Positions 48,881 through 60,783 of a DNA stretch of 64,000 bases are shown one piece after another. Each line of letters opens with the position of its first letter. Positions within the stretch are counted from its first letter, which is position 1. The position numbers and the translations under genes were made by a program. The stretch is from Cyanophyceae cyanobacterium. Lineage in GTDB: Bacteria > Cyanobacteriota > Cyanobacteriia > Cyanobacteriales > Laspinemataceae. The notes below the pieces were generated by a model that had not been told where the DNA came from, made no database searches, and saw only the letters and a list, made by a program, of their open reading frames with translations. The stretch is taken from positions 32,001-96,000 of the forward strand of contig JBBQFN010000011.1 in assembly GCA_038321985.1 (NCBI GenBank), written 5' to 3'.

Positions 48881-49993
48881 CTAATTATCCACGCGCCAAA
48901 TCCGCGAAAGATGGTTACGGGCGCGACTGGCGTCTTTCCATTCCACTAGAGACTTGCGAAAATTAACGGCCATTGCATTTAAGTCTTCCATATCAATTAA
49001 AAACGCATCGTGACCGTGAGGGGAATTCAACCACCCCAGTTCTGCATTCGGAATCAACTGGGCTAACTTTTCTTGTTCAACCGGGGGATAAAGTACATCC
49101 GAGTCGATCGCCACAACCAGAGTCGGTTGTTGGATGCTAGCCAGCACCGCGTTATAATCCCCCAGTCCGCGAGAAACATCGTGACTGTCCATCGCATAAG
49201 TTAGGGTGATGTAGCTATTGGCATCAAAGCGGTTAACCAGTTTTTGCCCTTGATGCTGTAGGTAATTGACGATTTCCCAATTGCCATCGGGACTTTTATT
49301 GCGTCCGAATTTTTGCTCTAAACTCGCCCAACTGCGATAAGAACACATCGCCATCATGCGTGCCGCGGATAATCCGGCTGCTGGGGGTTGTTCAATGGTG
49401 TAATAGCCCCCGCGCCAATAGGGGTCGGCATAAATGGCTTGTCGCTGGGCTTCACTGAGTCCGATACACCAGGGTGAGTGCCTTCCAGAGGCAGCAAAGG
49501 TGGCGATCGCCTCGACTTTTTCCGGATACATCACCCCCCATTCGAGGACCTGCATCCCTCCCAAAGACCCCCCGATCACCAGTTTCACCTTTTCTACCCC
49601 CAGTACGTCCAGCAATGCGGCTTGGACTCGCACCATATCCCGAATCGTAATCCGAGGGAAATCAGGACCGTAGGGACATCCCGTTTCTGGATTGACAGAA
49701 GTGGGTCCAGTGGTGCCGTAACAACTGCCGAGCACGTTGCTGCAAATAATAAAATCTTGCTCAGTATCAAGGGCTTTACCCTCGCCAAATAAAGGATCCC
49801 ACCACTGATCCGCATCCGCCCATCCGGTTAAAGCATGGCAGATCACGACTGCATTATCTCGTTCCGGGTTGAGCTTTCCCCAGGTTCGATAAGCGACTTG
49901 AACTCCTATCAAAACCTGTCCGGATTCGAGGATAACGGGTTGGGGAAGCTCACAAAATTGGGTTTCCGGGGAAATAAAACGGGTGTCATTCAT
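48881..49993 (-). CDS. metX: Homoserine O-acetyltransferase
   Basis: CHALTG, NVLGSCYGTTGP, GGSLGG, RFDANSY, HGHDAFL. Confidence 0.95.
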   Translation of the reverse strand: MNDTRFISPETQFCELPQPVILESGQVLIGVQVAYRTWGKLNPERDNAVVICHALTGWADADQWWDPLFGEGKALDTEQDFIICSNVLGSCYGTTGPTSVNPETGCPYGPDFPRITIRDMVRVQAALLDVLGVEKVKLVIGGSLGGMQVLEWGVMYPEKVEAIATFAASGRHSPWCIGLSEAQRQAIYADPYWRGGYYTIEQPPAAGLSAARMMAMCSYRSWASLEQKFGRNKSPDGNWEIVNYLQHQGQKLVNRFDANSYITLTYAMDSHDVSRGLGDYNAVLASIQQPTLVVAIDSDVLYPPVEQEKLAQLIPNAELGWLNSPHGHDAFLIDMEDLNAMAVNFRKSLVEWKDASRARNHLSRIWRVDN

Positions 49994-50021
49994 AATTTTT
50001 CATCTCTGGCGATCGCGTAGT

Positions 50022-50133
50022 GGGTCCTTAACACTCGGCTCAGAAGCGCTCGTAGCCTCTTATAACCGTTAGCGTCGGGTAGTCGCTGAGGGCTTGTTGC
50101 TACATTGTACCCCTCGCCGGTCACCGAGTACCC
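50022..50133 (-). promoter_or_regulatory. Candidate structured 5' leader of metX
   Basis: Several nested complementary segments (see findings); no known family matched by eye. Confidence 0.3.
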
Positions 50134-50280
50134 TCAATTTTTATTCTTTCTATTCTAATTCAAACTTGTTATTAGTTCTATTTTGCAATCTCAAATCCTT
50201 CATCCCCTGCGAATTGTGAGGAGAAAGCCCGACTAAAAATGCCCGCCTCGGTGCATGAAGTTTCCAAACTTAGACGTGCT

Positions 50281-50306
50281 GACACAGAAGCATCGGCCTC
50301 TGTGTC
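50281..50306 (-). terminator. Hairpin after metY
   Basis: GACACAGA...TCTGTGTC stem. Confidence 0.45.
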
Positions 50307-50358
50307 GCATCATCCGGGCTGAACCCTCTGGCCCTTTTTCAGGCGACTCGGTTAATCC

Positions 50359-51714
<1,356 letters not shown>

Positions 51715-52229
51715 TCATCTAGCGCTAGAGAGTCATACTTGACCAGGATTTTACCCTTCCCAAACCAGCTCCAAACAATTTTACGCAATTATAGGACTAT
51801 TTTTTACACCGGGGCGATAATTTTAAAAAACTTAATAAAATCTCAAGGCCCGAGACTCAATCAAAACCCAGGTCTGACCTTTTAAGGAGGGAGACAATTG
51901 ATAAAAGAAAGTTAATAGACTTGGGGCAAACATCTAAAAAGCCAACTGGCTTTTTTAAGAGGGGTTGGAGGGATCTCTTCTGAACCGATGCAATCCGGTC
52001 TAATATCATCTGCCTGCAAAGAATGTAGGGAAATCAGCAGGCGATCGCCCTTGGGGAATCGCCCAAACGCCGATCAGTCCAAATTATTGCGGGACCCAGG
52101 ATAACCAGCGATCGCCCTGGGTGACTTTGAGGGACTTAAGTCTAGGAAGCAACAGCGGCGAGTGTCGAGTTCTCTACCGTTGTCCTAGACCCTAATCTAT
52201 TGGAAGCTCATGATAGGGACCAGGGGACC

Positions 52230-52445
52230 TTAGAGGATGATTGAGAGCTCATCCACCACTTGCACCCGTCCCCGGCACAGAGAACGCAGCAGGCGATCGA
52301 GACTAAAGCGGTCCTCTTCACTGAGGGATTCATCTAAAATGGCTGCCATCAGTCCATAGCGGTCAGCTTTCGTGATGTAGTGGGTATCTTTGACCGTTGC
52401 AAGTAATTCAGGGATGGCACCAGGGAGCAAGTTGAGGGAATACAT
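52230..52445 (-). CDS. Small conserved cyanobacterial hypothetical protein
   Basis: LLPGAI...ADRYGLMAAILDESL...DRLLRS..RGRV pattern. Confidence 0.7.
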   Translation of the reverse strand: MYSLNLLPGAIPELLATVKDTHYITKADRYGLMAAILDESLSEEDRFSLDRLLRSLCRGRVQVVDELSIIL

Positions 52446-53285
52446 AAGCGTGGTTTTGAACTCGACATCTTTATCATCCCGTATTTTCGCGTAATTGCCC
52501 GTGATGGTACCGAAGCTATCTCAGTGATTCTAAGGAGACTTTGGAGTGATCTAACCGGCGTAAAAGCTGTGACGGCGATCGCCTCCACGGGATTCACCGA
52601 ATTAAGGGGCCTAAATTTTCCACCCACAGGTTAAAAACCCGGTTATAAAATCATCGCGTTTTTAACCTGAAAGCCTTTTTTGAAACTCACTCCGAAGGGC
52701 TAATTTTAGGTAACCCGACCCTGAATAAGGGTGAAATTTCCGAGTAGTCACGTTACCTTTGGAAACCTGTAAACTAAATGTGGCAACCGTTCCCCGCCTT
52801 AAGCCCCTAAGTTTTTCTGCTTTTCCCCCTAGAGCACAGATGACAGGGACAAATTTTTATGCTATCTGCTGCTTAATTGTCAGTAAAACATCATTTTAAT
52901 CGTGATAATTGGCTCTCCCCTGTTCTTTTCAGAAAGAATCAAAGCGAAACTTCAGCCCAATGACAGATGAGAGCGTTGTAAGTGATCGATGAGAATTAGA
53001 TTTAAGCGGTAGAGAACTGCCCGAGTCAAAATGCAGACCTGAAATGGAATTCTCAGTGCGAGGGCCAATCCTACTCAGAAAGCGCTCAGACTCGGATGCT
53101 TACTACCGAGTTTACTTCTATAAGGGCTGGACTTTCAAAGGCTGTGGAATGGCCTACCCCACTAACCTTTAACCGGAAGCCCTGATGCACTTGCTATTAA
53201 CGAGGGTGCGATCGCACTCATTTTTTTGCTCTGAGTTTAGATCAGACCCCTTGAGTATCGCTACTGACAGGAAGAGGATAAATTT

Positions 53286-54785
53286 ATGAATGATGCTGTA
53301 AAAATATTTTCTCATTATAATCGGAAATCCGGCTCTGTGTCGAAGTTGAAAAACAGCCGTTGGCCTACTTATTTGTTTCTAGGCATCACGACTAATCTTC
53401 TACTTTGGGGGGTGGCGATCGCTTACATCACCCTCAAAGCCCCCAGCTATACCACCAAGTGGTCCATCACCCTACCCAGTACAGGTTCCACAAGCCGCGT
53501 AGATTTACCGGGCATTGGGGGAGCTTCTTCTCAAACCGACTCTCCCTACAGATTTGATTCCCATCACGACCCTCGGGAAAATTACAAATACATTGCCGGT
53601 AGCGATGATGTGAGAGAACGCGCCGCCCAAAAGCTGAACCTTAAGCCTTCAGAATTCAATGAACCCAAGATCGAGATTATTGGAAACTCTACCTTGATGG
53701 AGTTTCAAATGGTGGGCGATACCCCCGAACAAACTCAACAAAAGGCACTGGCTCTCCACCAAGCCTTTGAACTTCAATTAGAAAAACTTAGACAAGAAGA
53801 AATCTCGGATCAAGACCGCAACTTGCAACTATTGCTCAGTCAGTCTCAGCAAAACTTAGAAAAGGCCCAGGCTCGATTATCCGAGTATCAAGCCAGCTCC
53901 AGTATCATGTCTTCCGAGCAATTGGTAGACCTCTCTAAAAATATTGAAGATTTACGCAGGCAAAAAGCCGAAATCGACGCCCTCAATCAGCAAAGTAACG
54001 CGCGGATGGTGCAAACTTCCCGAAACTTAGACATCTCCCCTCAACAAGCCAACGATGCCTTTGCATTACAGTCTGATTCCCAGTTTCACGACTATCTGTT
54101 GAAATACCAGACAGCCCGTAGCGAGTTCGTAACCTTAAACTCGATTTATACGGATCGCCATCCAGTCGTCATTGCCAAACAAAAAGAAATTGATGATGCC
54201 CGAGTAGCATTAATGGAACGGAGCCAGCAGATTCTCGGACGGCCCACCGACCCCGAAATCTGGGAGCAAACCAACTTAGGAAATGGAGAAACCGGAGCAA
54301 AGCGGGAACTGTTCTTTCAAGAGTTGCTCACTTTTCAATCAGAAAACGTCGGCCTAGAAGCGCAAGCCCAAGAATTAGGACGCCAGATTAATAGCTTAGA
54401 AAACCGCTTTAAAGCCTTATCCGTGCAGGGTTCCCAACTGGAAAATTTACGGCGGGACGTTCAGATAGCAGAAGCGGTGTTTTCCTCCACCTTAACTCAG
54501 CTGGATATGAGTAAGTCTAACATTTTCGCCAGCTATCCGCGAATTCAATTGTTGAGTCCACCCGCCTTGCCTGAAGAACCCAGTTCTCCGAAAACAGTAT
54601 TAGCCATACTCGGTGCGGGAATGAGTTCAGTCTTCTTTACCGCCGGATTTCTCCTCCTGTGGATGCGGGATGTCAAAAATCAACGGCGGAAACAGAGTTC
54701 CCTGTTAGACCCTAATCCCCAACCCATTCCCGTTAACTCGGCTTTCCCTCCGCAAAATTCCTCAACCGCAGTGTCTAAGCGATGA
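53286..54785 (+). CDS. GumC/Wzc-N-like polysaccharide co-polymerase without a kinase domain
   Basis: TM, long coiled coil (YTDRHP), Pro-rich PEEPSSP, TM; no Walker A. Confidence 0.85.
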   Translation: MNDAVKIFSHYNRKSGSVSKLKNSRWPTYLFLGITTNLLLWGVAIAYITLKAPSYTTKWSITLPSTGSTSRVDLPGIGGASSQTDSPYRFDSHHDPRENYKYIAGSDDVRERAAQKLNLKPSEFNEPKIEIIGNSTLMEFQMVGDTPEQTQQKALALHQAFELQLEKLRQEEISDQDRNLQLLLSQSQQNLEKAQARLSEYQASSSIMSSEQLVDLSKNIEDLRRQKAEIDALNQQSNARMVQTSRNLDISPQQANDAFALQSDSQFHDYLLKYQTARSEFVTLNSIYTDRHPVVIAKQKEIDDARVALMERSQQILGRPTDPEIWEQTNLGNGETGAKRELFFQELLTFQSENVGLEAQAQELGRQINSLENRFKALSVQGSQLENLRRDVQIAEAVFSSTLTQLDMSKSNIFASYPRIQLLSPPALPEEPSSPKTVLAILGAGMSSVFFTAGFLLLWMRDVKNQRRKQSSLLDPNPQPIPVNSAFPPQNSSTAVSKR

Positions 54786-56083
54786 AGCCCCAAAACTTGC
54801 CTGAAAAGTTAGTTTGGTATTACATCCTCGGCACTTACATCATTTATTTTATGGGTGCTCAGTATGTACTTGCCCCCTTATTATGTTACGTCCTGCTTTT
54901 TTATGTCCTTAAAAAATGGTGGAACCAAACTGCACAGACGCCTCCGGAAGAACGGGTAAAGTTTACCCCCTCTAACTGGCTCTGGATCGTTGCGATGTTT
55001 ATCATGCACATTGCATTAGTGATGGGACATATAGACTTTGAAATGGGATTACCCCAAATCATTCGGTCTACGGTGAATGGATGGCTCAGAAGCTGGGCGC
55101 TTTTAGCATTATTTCCTCTGGCTGCTCATCTGGATATTCGCCCAAAATTAATTTATCGAGCAATTTGTATCCTCTGTGTTCAAAGTTTAATTTTGATTCC
55201 CCTAGGGTATCTATTTAGCGTGGCGGGTCTACCGAGTAAGCTCTATACTTCTCCTTTGCAAGCCTTTGGAGGGGGTTCTTTATACAACGTCAATTTACTG
55301 TATCAGTATGATTCCGAAGGGGGTCAAACCCGACTGTTTTTATTCGCCCCTTGGGCCCCTGCCTTAGGGATGATTGGCAATATGTACTTTGCACTGGCCC
55401 AGCACGATGATAACAAAAAGTGGCGCTTGTGGGGCATGATTGGGGCCGCAGCAATGGCAGTTTCATCGGTTTCTCGTTTAGGAATTATCGCCCTGCCCCT
55501 CGTTCCTTTGGCGGTGTGGGGACTGACTAACTTTTTAAAACCTTGGGTGATATTTGCTTCAGGATTTGCCAGTTTAGGGTTAGGGATGTTTGCACCCGCT
55601 TTAATCGAGTTTCTTGAAGCTGTAAGAACTCAATTTACCCAAGCTCGCGCTAGTTCTTCCCATGTCCGAGACCTACTCAATAGCTTAGCAGTTTATCGTT
55701 GGAGGACCGACGCTCCCATCTGGGGGCATGGCGTCCTAGAGACGGAAGGACCAAAAGTGGTAGAACGGATGCCGGTTGGCTCTCATCATACGTGGTTTGG
55801 GGTTTTGTTTCTGCACGGAATAGTCGGGTTTTTTGCCCTAGCCATTCCTCTGATTTGGACTTTTCTAGAAATGCTGATTAAAGCCCAACACTCTCAAATT
55901 GCCAAGGTCGCTTTAAGTTTTCTAATTCTTCTTTTTCTATTTGCATTTGCGGAAAATTTCCAGGAGTTAGCTTATCTGTACTGGCCTTGTTTGATTGTGA
56001 TGGGAATGGCGTTCAAAGAAAAATTAATCGTTTGGAGTGAAACAACTGATGAGCAAGAAGCGTATCTTATTTCTAATCTCTGA
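54782..56083 (+). CDS. O-antigen ligase/Wzy-like polymerase
   Basis: Multi-TM; SRLG, APIWGHG, GSHHTW..VLFLHG. Confidence 0.82.
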   Translation: MKPQNLPEKLVWYYILGTYIIYFMGAQYVLAPLLCYVLLFYVLKKWWNQTAQTPPEERVKFTPSNWLWIVAMFIMHIALVMGHIDFEMGLPQIIRSTVNGWLRSWALLALFPLAAHLDIRPKLIYRAICILCVQSLILIPLGYLFSVAGLPSKLYTSPLQAFGGGSLYNVNLLYQYDSEGGQTRLFLFAPWAPALGMIGNMYFALAQHDDNKKWRLWGMIGAAAMAVSSVSRLGIIALPLVPLAVWGLTNFLKPWVIFASGFASLGLGMFAPALIEFLEAVRTQFTQARASSSHVRDLLNSLAVYRWRTDAPIWGHGVLETEGPKVVERMPVGSHHTWFGVLFLHGIVGFFALAIPLIWTFLEMLIKAQHSQIAKVALSFLILLFLFAFAENFQELAYLYWPCLIVMGMAFKEKLIVWSETTDEQEAYLISNL

Positions 56084-57041
56084 TAAAAAGATGGGCGGGG
56101 TAATGACGATGGTGGATAGCCTGACTCATTCTTCTCTATCTAACCAGTTTGACTTTAAAACTGTGTGCATGGAAGCTAATGAAGCCGTAAATGAGCGGGT
56201 TACACCGGATGTGGTGGTGATTAATAAAGCTTGCTCTTGGAGTAGAATCCCCAATTTATTTTGGTTAAATCTCCGTAAAGGAAAAACTAAGGTAGTAATT
56301 ATTGAGCATCATTATACCGGGGGATTTGAAACTCATCAAGTTCCAGAGAAAAAACGCTTCCGACTCATGTTGAAAATTGCCTATTCCTTAGCCGATCGCG
56401 TAGTAGCGGTTTCCGAAGCCCAAGCGGATTGGATGTATAAAAATAACCTGGTAGCACCGGAGAAAGTCTATCAAATTAATCCCGCCGTAAAACTGGAAGA
56501 ATTTTTGGAAGTTCCGGTCCGCCAGCCCCGCACAGCCATCCATTTAGCAGCCTATGGTCGATTTTGCAAACAAAAAGGATTTGATGTCTTACTAGAGGCC
56601 ATGAAATTAATTCCTGACCAAGCGGTTAATTTATATTTAGGAGGCGATGGTCCGGAAAATGAAGATCTAAAAAAACGCGCCATCGGGTTGAGAAATGTGC
56701 AGTTTTGTGGGATGATCGATGATGTTCCGAAGTTTTTAAAAGGGTGTGACGCAGTAGTCATTTCATCTCGGTGGGAACCCTTTGGTTTAGTCTGTATGGA
56801 AGCCAAAGCCGCAGGAAAACCCGTTATTGCTTCGGATATTGATGGGTTACGAGAACAAGTACACGACTATGGAATATTGGTGCCAGCAGAAGATCAAGTC
56901 AAACTGGCTAAGGCGATCGCCTCCTTGGGTGATTGTGATCTCTTGACTTGGGGTCAAAAGGCTCGACACTCTGTAAAAGATGCCCACGACCAATTTTTAG
57001 AGCAGTGGAAAAACTTGTTGATGGAATTAACACCCAGCTAA
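56049..57041 (+). CDS. GT4 glycosyltransferase
   Basis: GRFCKQKG, SRWEPFGLVCMEA (EX7E). Confidence 0.92.
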   Translation: MSKKRILFLISDKKMGGVMTMVDSLTHSSLSNQFDFKTVCMEANEAVNERVTPDVVVINKACSWSRIPNLFWLNLRKGKTKVVIIEHHYTGGFETHQVPEKKRFRLMLKIAYSLADRVVAVSEAQADWMYKNNLVAPEKVYQINPAVKLEEFLEVPVRQPRTAIHLAAYGRFCKQKGFDVLLEAMKLIPDQAVNLYLGGDGPENEDLKKRAIGLRNVQFCGMIDDVPKFLKGCDAVVISSRWEPFGLVCMEAKAAGKPVIASDIDGLREQVHDYGILVPAEDQVKLAKAIASLGDCDLLTWGQKARHSVKDAHDQFLEQWKNLLMELTPS

Positions 57042-57109
57042 AAATTCAGTAATTTTTTTTAATTTCTGACAAAAACTCACAAAAAAGAACCTCAATAAAA
57101 AAGGAGATA

Positions 57110-58195
57110 TTGATGAAAAAGTCCATGCACTGGGAGCATTTTTTTATCCGGGGAACACCAGTTATTGCTTTGCCAGATTGGCACGCTCCTCGGCTTTTTG
57201 TCCCGGCTAAAAATTTTTGGCAGCGATGGAAAGGAAGCTCCTTGTGTCCTCCCCCCTCAGCTAAGTCAGGTGCAATCGCCTTGCCACCCAAGGTGGGGCG
57301 GCTGTTGTATCGGATTCAGGTAGCCTTGGGGCAAGCGCCCGTGCAAATAGCCAGCCGAAAGCAGGCAGGATCGATCGATATTGAGGGGTTTGTCCGCGAG
57401 ATTCTTCCCGAATTTAGTTGGGCCGTGTTTTCCGTCGGCGTTCCTGGGGAAGCGCAGAAAATTACGGCCCAACTGTGGAGCGATCGCAATCACATCGTCG
57501 GCTATCTAAAATATTCGGACAAACCCATCGCCTGCGATCGCATCGCCCGGGAATACGCGGTACTCTCCCAACTGGCGGTCCAACCCAGACCCCTAAAATT
57601 TGGTCCGTTAAGTCCGGGAAGCGCCCTCTTGATTGAACCGATTGAGGGAAAACATATCTCTTGTGGAACGCTGCCCCCGGAACCGGAAATTTTAAACCTG
57701 CTGGATCAATTTGCGATCGCTTCCCCCGTTCCCCTGGATCAGCATCCCTGGGTCCAAACCTTCCAACAGACTGCCGATCCAGTGGCCCGGAAATGGTTGG
57801 ATGCCCTGGGCGATCGCCCCTGGCCGATTGTCGCCTTACATGGGGATTTTTCGCCCTGGAACCTGTTGCGATCGCCCGATGGTAAGATTTTTGCCATTGA
57901 CTGGGAATACGGGCTGGCTCAAGGGTTTCCGTACCTCGACCTCGCGTATTACATCCTGCAAGTCGCCTATTGGTGCTTGCAGTGGTCTCCCACTCAAGCT
58001 AGGGACTATGCAGTTCAATTTCTCTCTAGCCCTTCCGGGCCAAACCTCAAATTAGCGGAGGCAAAAGCGATCGTGCGATTGAGTGCCTATCAGGGCTATC
58101 AATTTATGCTTGAAGATGGACATTCTCTCGAAGAAGAACCTCAATATTGGCGGTCTAAGGTGTGGGAACATGAACTTTTCAACATTTCAAACTAA
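57110..58195 (+). CDS. APH/choline-kinase-like phosphotransferase
   Basis: YLK, RE, HGDFSPWN, IDWE motifs. Confidence 0.85.
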   Translation: MMKKSMHWEHFFIRGTPVIALPDWHAPRLFVPAKNFWQRWKGSSLCPPPSAKSGAIALPPKVGRLLYRIQVALGQAPVQIASRKQAGSIDIEGFVREILPEFSWAVFSVGVPGEAQKITAQLWSDRNHIVGYLKYSDKPIACDRIAREYAVLSQLAVQPRPLKFGPLSPGSALLIEPIEGKHISCGTLPPEPEILNLLDQFAIASPVPLDQHPWVQTFQQTADPVARKWLDALGDRPWPIVALHGDFSPWNLLRSPDGKIFAIDWEYGLAQGFPYLDLAYYILQVAYWCLQWSPTQARDYAVQFLSSPSGPNLKLAEAKAIVRLSAYQGYQFMLEDGHSLEEEPQYWRSKVWEHELFNISN

Positions 58196-59432
58196 GGTTA
58201 AAAAGAAGCTTAATAACAAGTTTGTTCAAAATATTGGCTGGCTCACTGGTGCCGAATTTGCCATTCGTATTGTCCGCTTAATGACCACCGTAGTCCTAGC
58301 CCGGTTTTTAACCCAATACGATTATGGGTTAGCCGCAATTGTCTTAACCACTTACGAATTTACCCGGGTCTTTACGGACATTGGAATCGGAGCTAAACTC
58401 ATTCAAGCCGAGCCGGAAGAACTCGAAGACTTATGTCGAAACGCCTATTGGTTATGCTGGGTCCTCTATTTCGGCTTGTTCGTAGCTCAGGCTGCTGTCG
58501 CTTTTCCCATTGCCTGGTTTTATAACGATACCAATCTGATTCTACCCATCACGGTTTTGGGAGGGGTCTTTTTAATGACCCCTTTAGGGGTAGTTCAAGC
58601 GATATTACTGCGTCGAGAAAATCGCTTAGAAATCCAAGCTCTCAATCAAACCTTGGTTCAAGGATCAAGTAATTTTTTATCCTTAGTCTTTGCCGTATTG
58701 GGGTGGGGCATCTGGGCGATCGTCATTCCTCAACTCGTTGTCACTCCGTTGTGGGCTTATATTTACTTAAAGCACCATTCTTGGCGTCCTAGTGGGGGAT
58801 TTCGGAATGAGAAATGGAAAGAAATTTTCGGGTTTGGGAAAAATGTCTTAGGGATTGAACTATTAAAGACCCTGAGAACCAACCTAGATTATCTGCTTGT
58901 GGGACGCTTCTTAGGGATTACCGAGTTAGGAATCTACTTCTTTGCCTTTAATGCCGGATTAGGAATTAGCCTGAGTATCATTAAATCAATTAATTCCGCC
59001 TTATTACCTCATTTATGTTCCCTCCGGCAAGACTGGGCTAGAATGAAGCAGCAGTTTTATAAGAGCTTAAAGGTAATTGGGGCATTAATCATTCCCTTGG
59101 CACTCTTACAATCAACTTTGGCACCCTTTTATGTACCCATTGTTTTTGGAGAAAAATGGATTGAGGCGATTCCAGTCTTAATGATTATCTGTATCTCGGC
59201 TATCCCTCGCCCCTTTGGTGATGCGGCCTCTCAGTTAATGATTGCGATTGGTAGACCAGATATCGATTTTAAGTGGAATATTATCTTTACGCTAGTCTTT
59301 ACCCTCAGCTTATTTGTAGGTATCAAATGGCAAGTGATTGGATTAGCATTCACCGTGTTACTCGTTCATGCGATCGCCTTACCTGCCTATACAATTTGGG
59401 CGACTCGGTATGCCTTTAACCGCCCTACTTAA
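58170..59432 (+). CDS. wzx: Wzx-type polysaccharide flippase
   Basis: LARFL..YG, NLDYLLVGRFLG...LGIY, FGEKW; ATG at 58170. Confidence 0.88.
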   Translation: MNFSTFQTKVKKKLNNKFVQNIGWLTGAEFAIRIVRLMTTVVLARFLTQYDYGLAAIVLTTYEFTRVFTDIGIGAKLIQAEPEELEDLCRNAYWLCWVLYFGLFVAQAAVAFPIAWFYNDTNLILPITVLGGVFLMTPLGVVQAILLRRENRLEIQALNQTLVQGSSNFLSLVFAVLGWGIWAIVIPQLVVTPLWAYIYLKHHSWRPSGGFRNEKWKEIFGFGKNVLGIELLKTLRTNLDYLLVGRFLGITELGIYFFAFNAGLGISLSIIKSINSALLPHLCSLRQDWARMKQQFYKSLKVIGALIIPLALLQSTLAPFYVPIVFGEKWIEAIPVLMIICISAIPRPFGDAASQLMIAIGRPDIDFKWNIIFTLVFTLSLFVGIKWQVIGLAFTVLLVHAIALPAYTIWATRYAFNRPT

Positions 59433-59496
59433 CATTTTGCACTCAGCCTAATTTTTTACCGGACTTCCTATCCTGTAAAAAATTAGAGGAAGTGAT

Positions 59497-59581
59497 TTTG
59501 AAACAGGTTTTACTCCTGATACAACTTTTAATAGAAATCACTTTGAGGATGGTTTTACTCCAGCGACAACTTTTGATAGAA
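59497..59581 (+). repeat. Imperfect 40-nt direct repeat with 45-bp period
   Basis: TTTGA-n4-GGTTTTACTCC-n4-ACAACTTTT-n-ATAGAA occurs twice (32/40 identical). Confidence 0.8.
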
Positions 59582-59637
59582 TGAACTGTAATTGAAAATA
59601 AACTTTTGCTCGTCCAATCACAAAAAGGCATAAACCT

Positions 59638-60663
59638 ATGAAATTAGTGTCCGTCATCATTTCAGTTTATAACCTCGAATCTCTTATTGCTGCTACCTTG
59701 CAGTCCGTTTTCAACCAAACCTACAAAAACTTAGAAATCATCGTAGTTGATGATGGATCGAGCGATCGCTCGGCTGAAGTATGCGAAGAATTTCAAGACC
59801 CCCGGCTGAAATTAATTCGTCAGCAAAATAAAGGGGCAAGCGCCGCCCGAAATGCCGGAATGCGTCATGCTCAAGGGGACTATATCGCCATTCTCGATGG
59901 GGATGACCTGTGGTTACCTGAAAAAATAGAAAAGCAGGTTGAGCATTTGGAACAATCTCCGCAGGTTGGAATTAGCTATACCCAATCCGCTTTTATCGAT
60001 GAAGCTGGAGAATTGATGGGACTCTATCAAATGCCAAAGCTGACTGACATTACTATCCGAGATATCCTCTGCCGTAATCCGATTAGCAATGGGTCCTCGG
60101 CAGTTATTCGCAAGCAAGCTATTGACCAGATTAAATTTCAAGATTATCTAGATGGAGAAATCACCGATTTTTATTGGGACGAAGAAAAGGCATTGCAATC
60201 CTCAGAAGATGTTGATTTCTGGTTCCGTATAGCCCTACAAGCGGGCTGGAAAATGGAGGGAATTGGGGAAGTTCTCACCCTCTATCGGATTAATTCTAAA
60301 GGACTTTCGGCGAAATTATTAAGCAAACAAGAGTCTTGGGAAAAACTTCTGGAAAAAACCCGCAATTACGCTCCCCAAGAGATGGCTCAATGGGAAAAAC
60401 CAGCTCGTGCTTATCACCTGCGATATCTCGCTCGTCGTGCTGTTACCTTACGCGATGGTCCAACCGCCCTGAAATTGGCTTGGGATGCAAGTGTTACTCA
60501 CCCGCAAATGTGGATAGAAGAACCGATACGAAGTGGAGTAACCTTCGCTGCTGCATCTTTCCTGTCTGTACTGCCTAAATCTTTGTATCAGCACCTGGAA
60601 GAACTGGGGATAAAACTGTCGGCCCGGACTCAAAAACGTCAAGTTGCTCAATCTAAAATTTAA
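59638..60663 (+). CDS. GT2 glycosyltransferase
   Basis: VSVII..YN, VDDGS, ARNAG, LDGDD, SED. Confidence 0.94.
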   Translation: MKLVSVIISVYNLESLIAATLQSVFNQTYKNLEIIVVDDGSSDRSAEVCEEFQDPRLKLIRQQNKGASAARNAGMRHAQGDYIAILDGDDLWLPEKIEKQVEHLEQSPQVGISYTQSAFIDEAGELMGLYQMPKLTDITIRDILCRNPISNGSSAVIRKQAIDQIKFQDYLDGEITDFYWDEEKALQSSEDVDFWFRIALQAGWKMEGIGEVLTLYRINSKGLSAKLLSKQESWEKLLEKTRNYAPQEMAQWEKPARAYHLRYLARRAVTLRDGPTALKLAWDASVTHPQMWIEEPIRSGVTFAAASFLSVLPKSLYQHLEELGIKLSARTQKRQVAQSKI

Positions 60664-60783
60664 TTCTTCGGGTTCAATCTGAGATTTTGCCTCGTTTTTT
60701 CTTCGTCTTTAAAAGAAACGAGGCATTCCTAGAAAAATCATTCTCCTCCAAATATTATTTTTTCAAATAGAGGAAATTAACCC

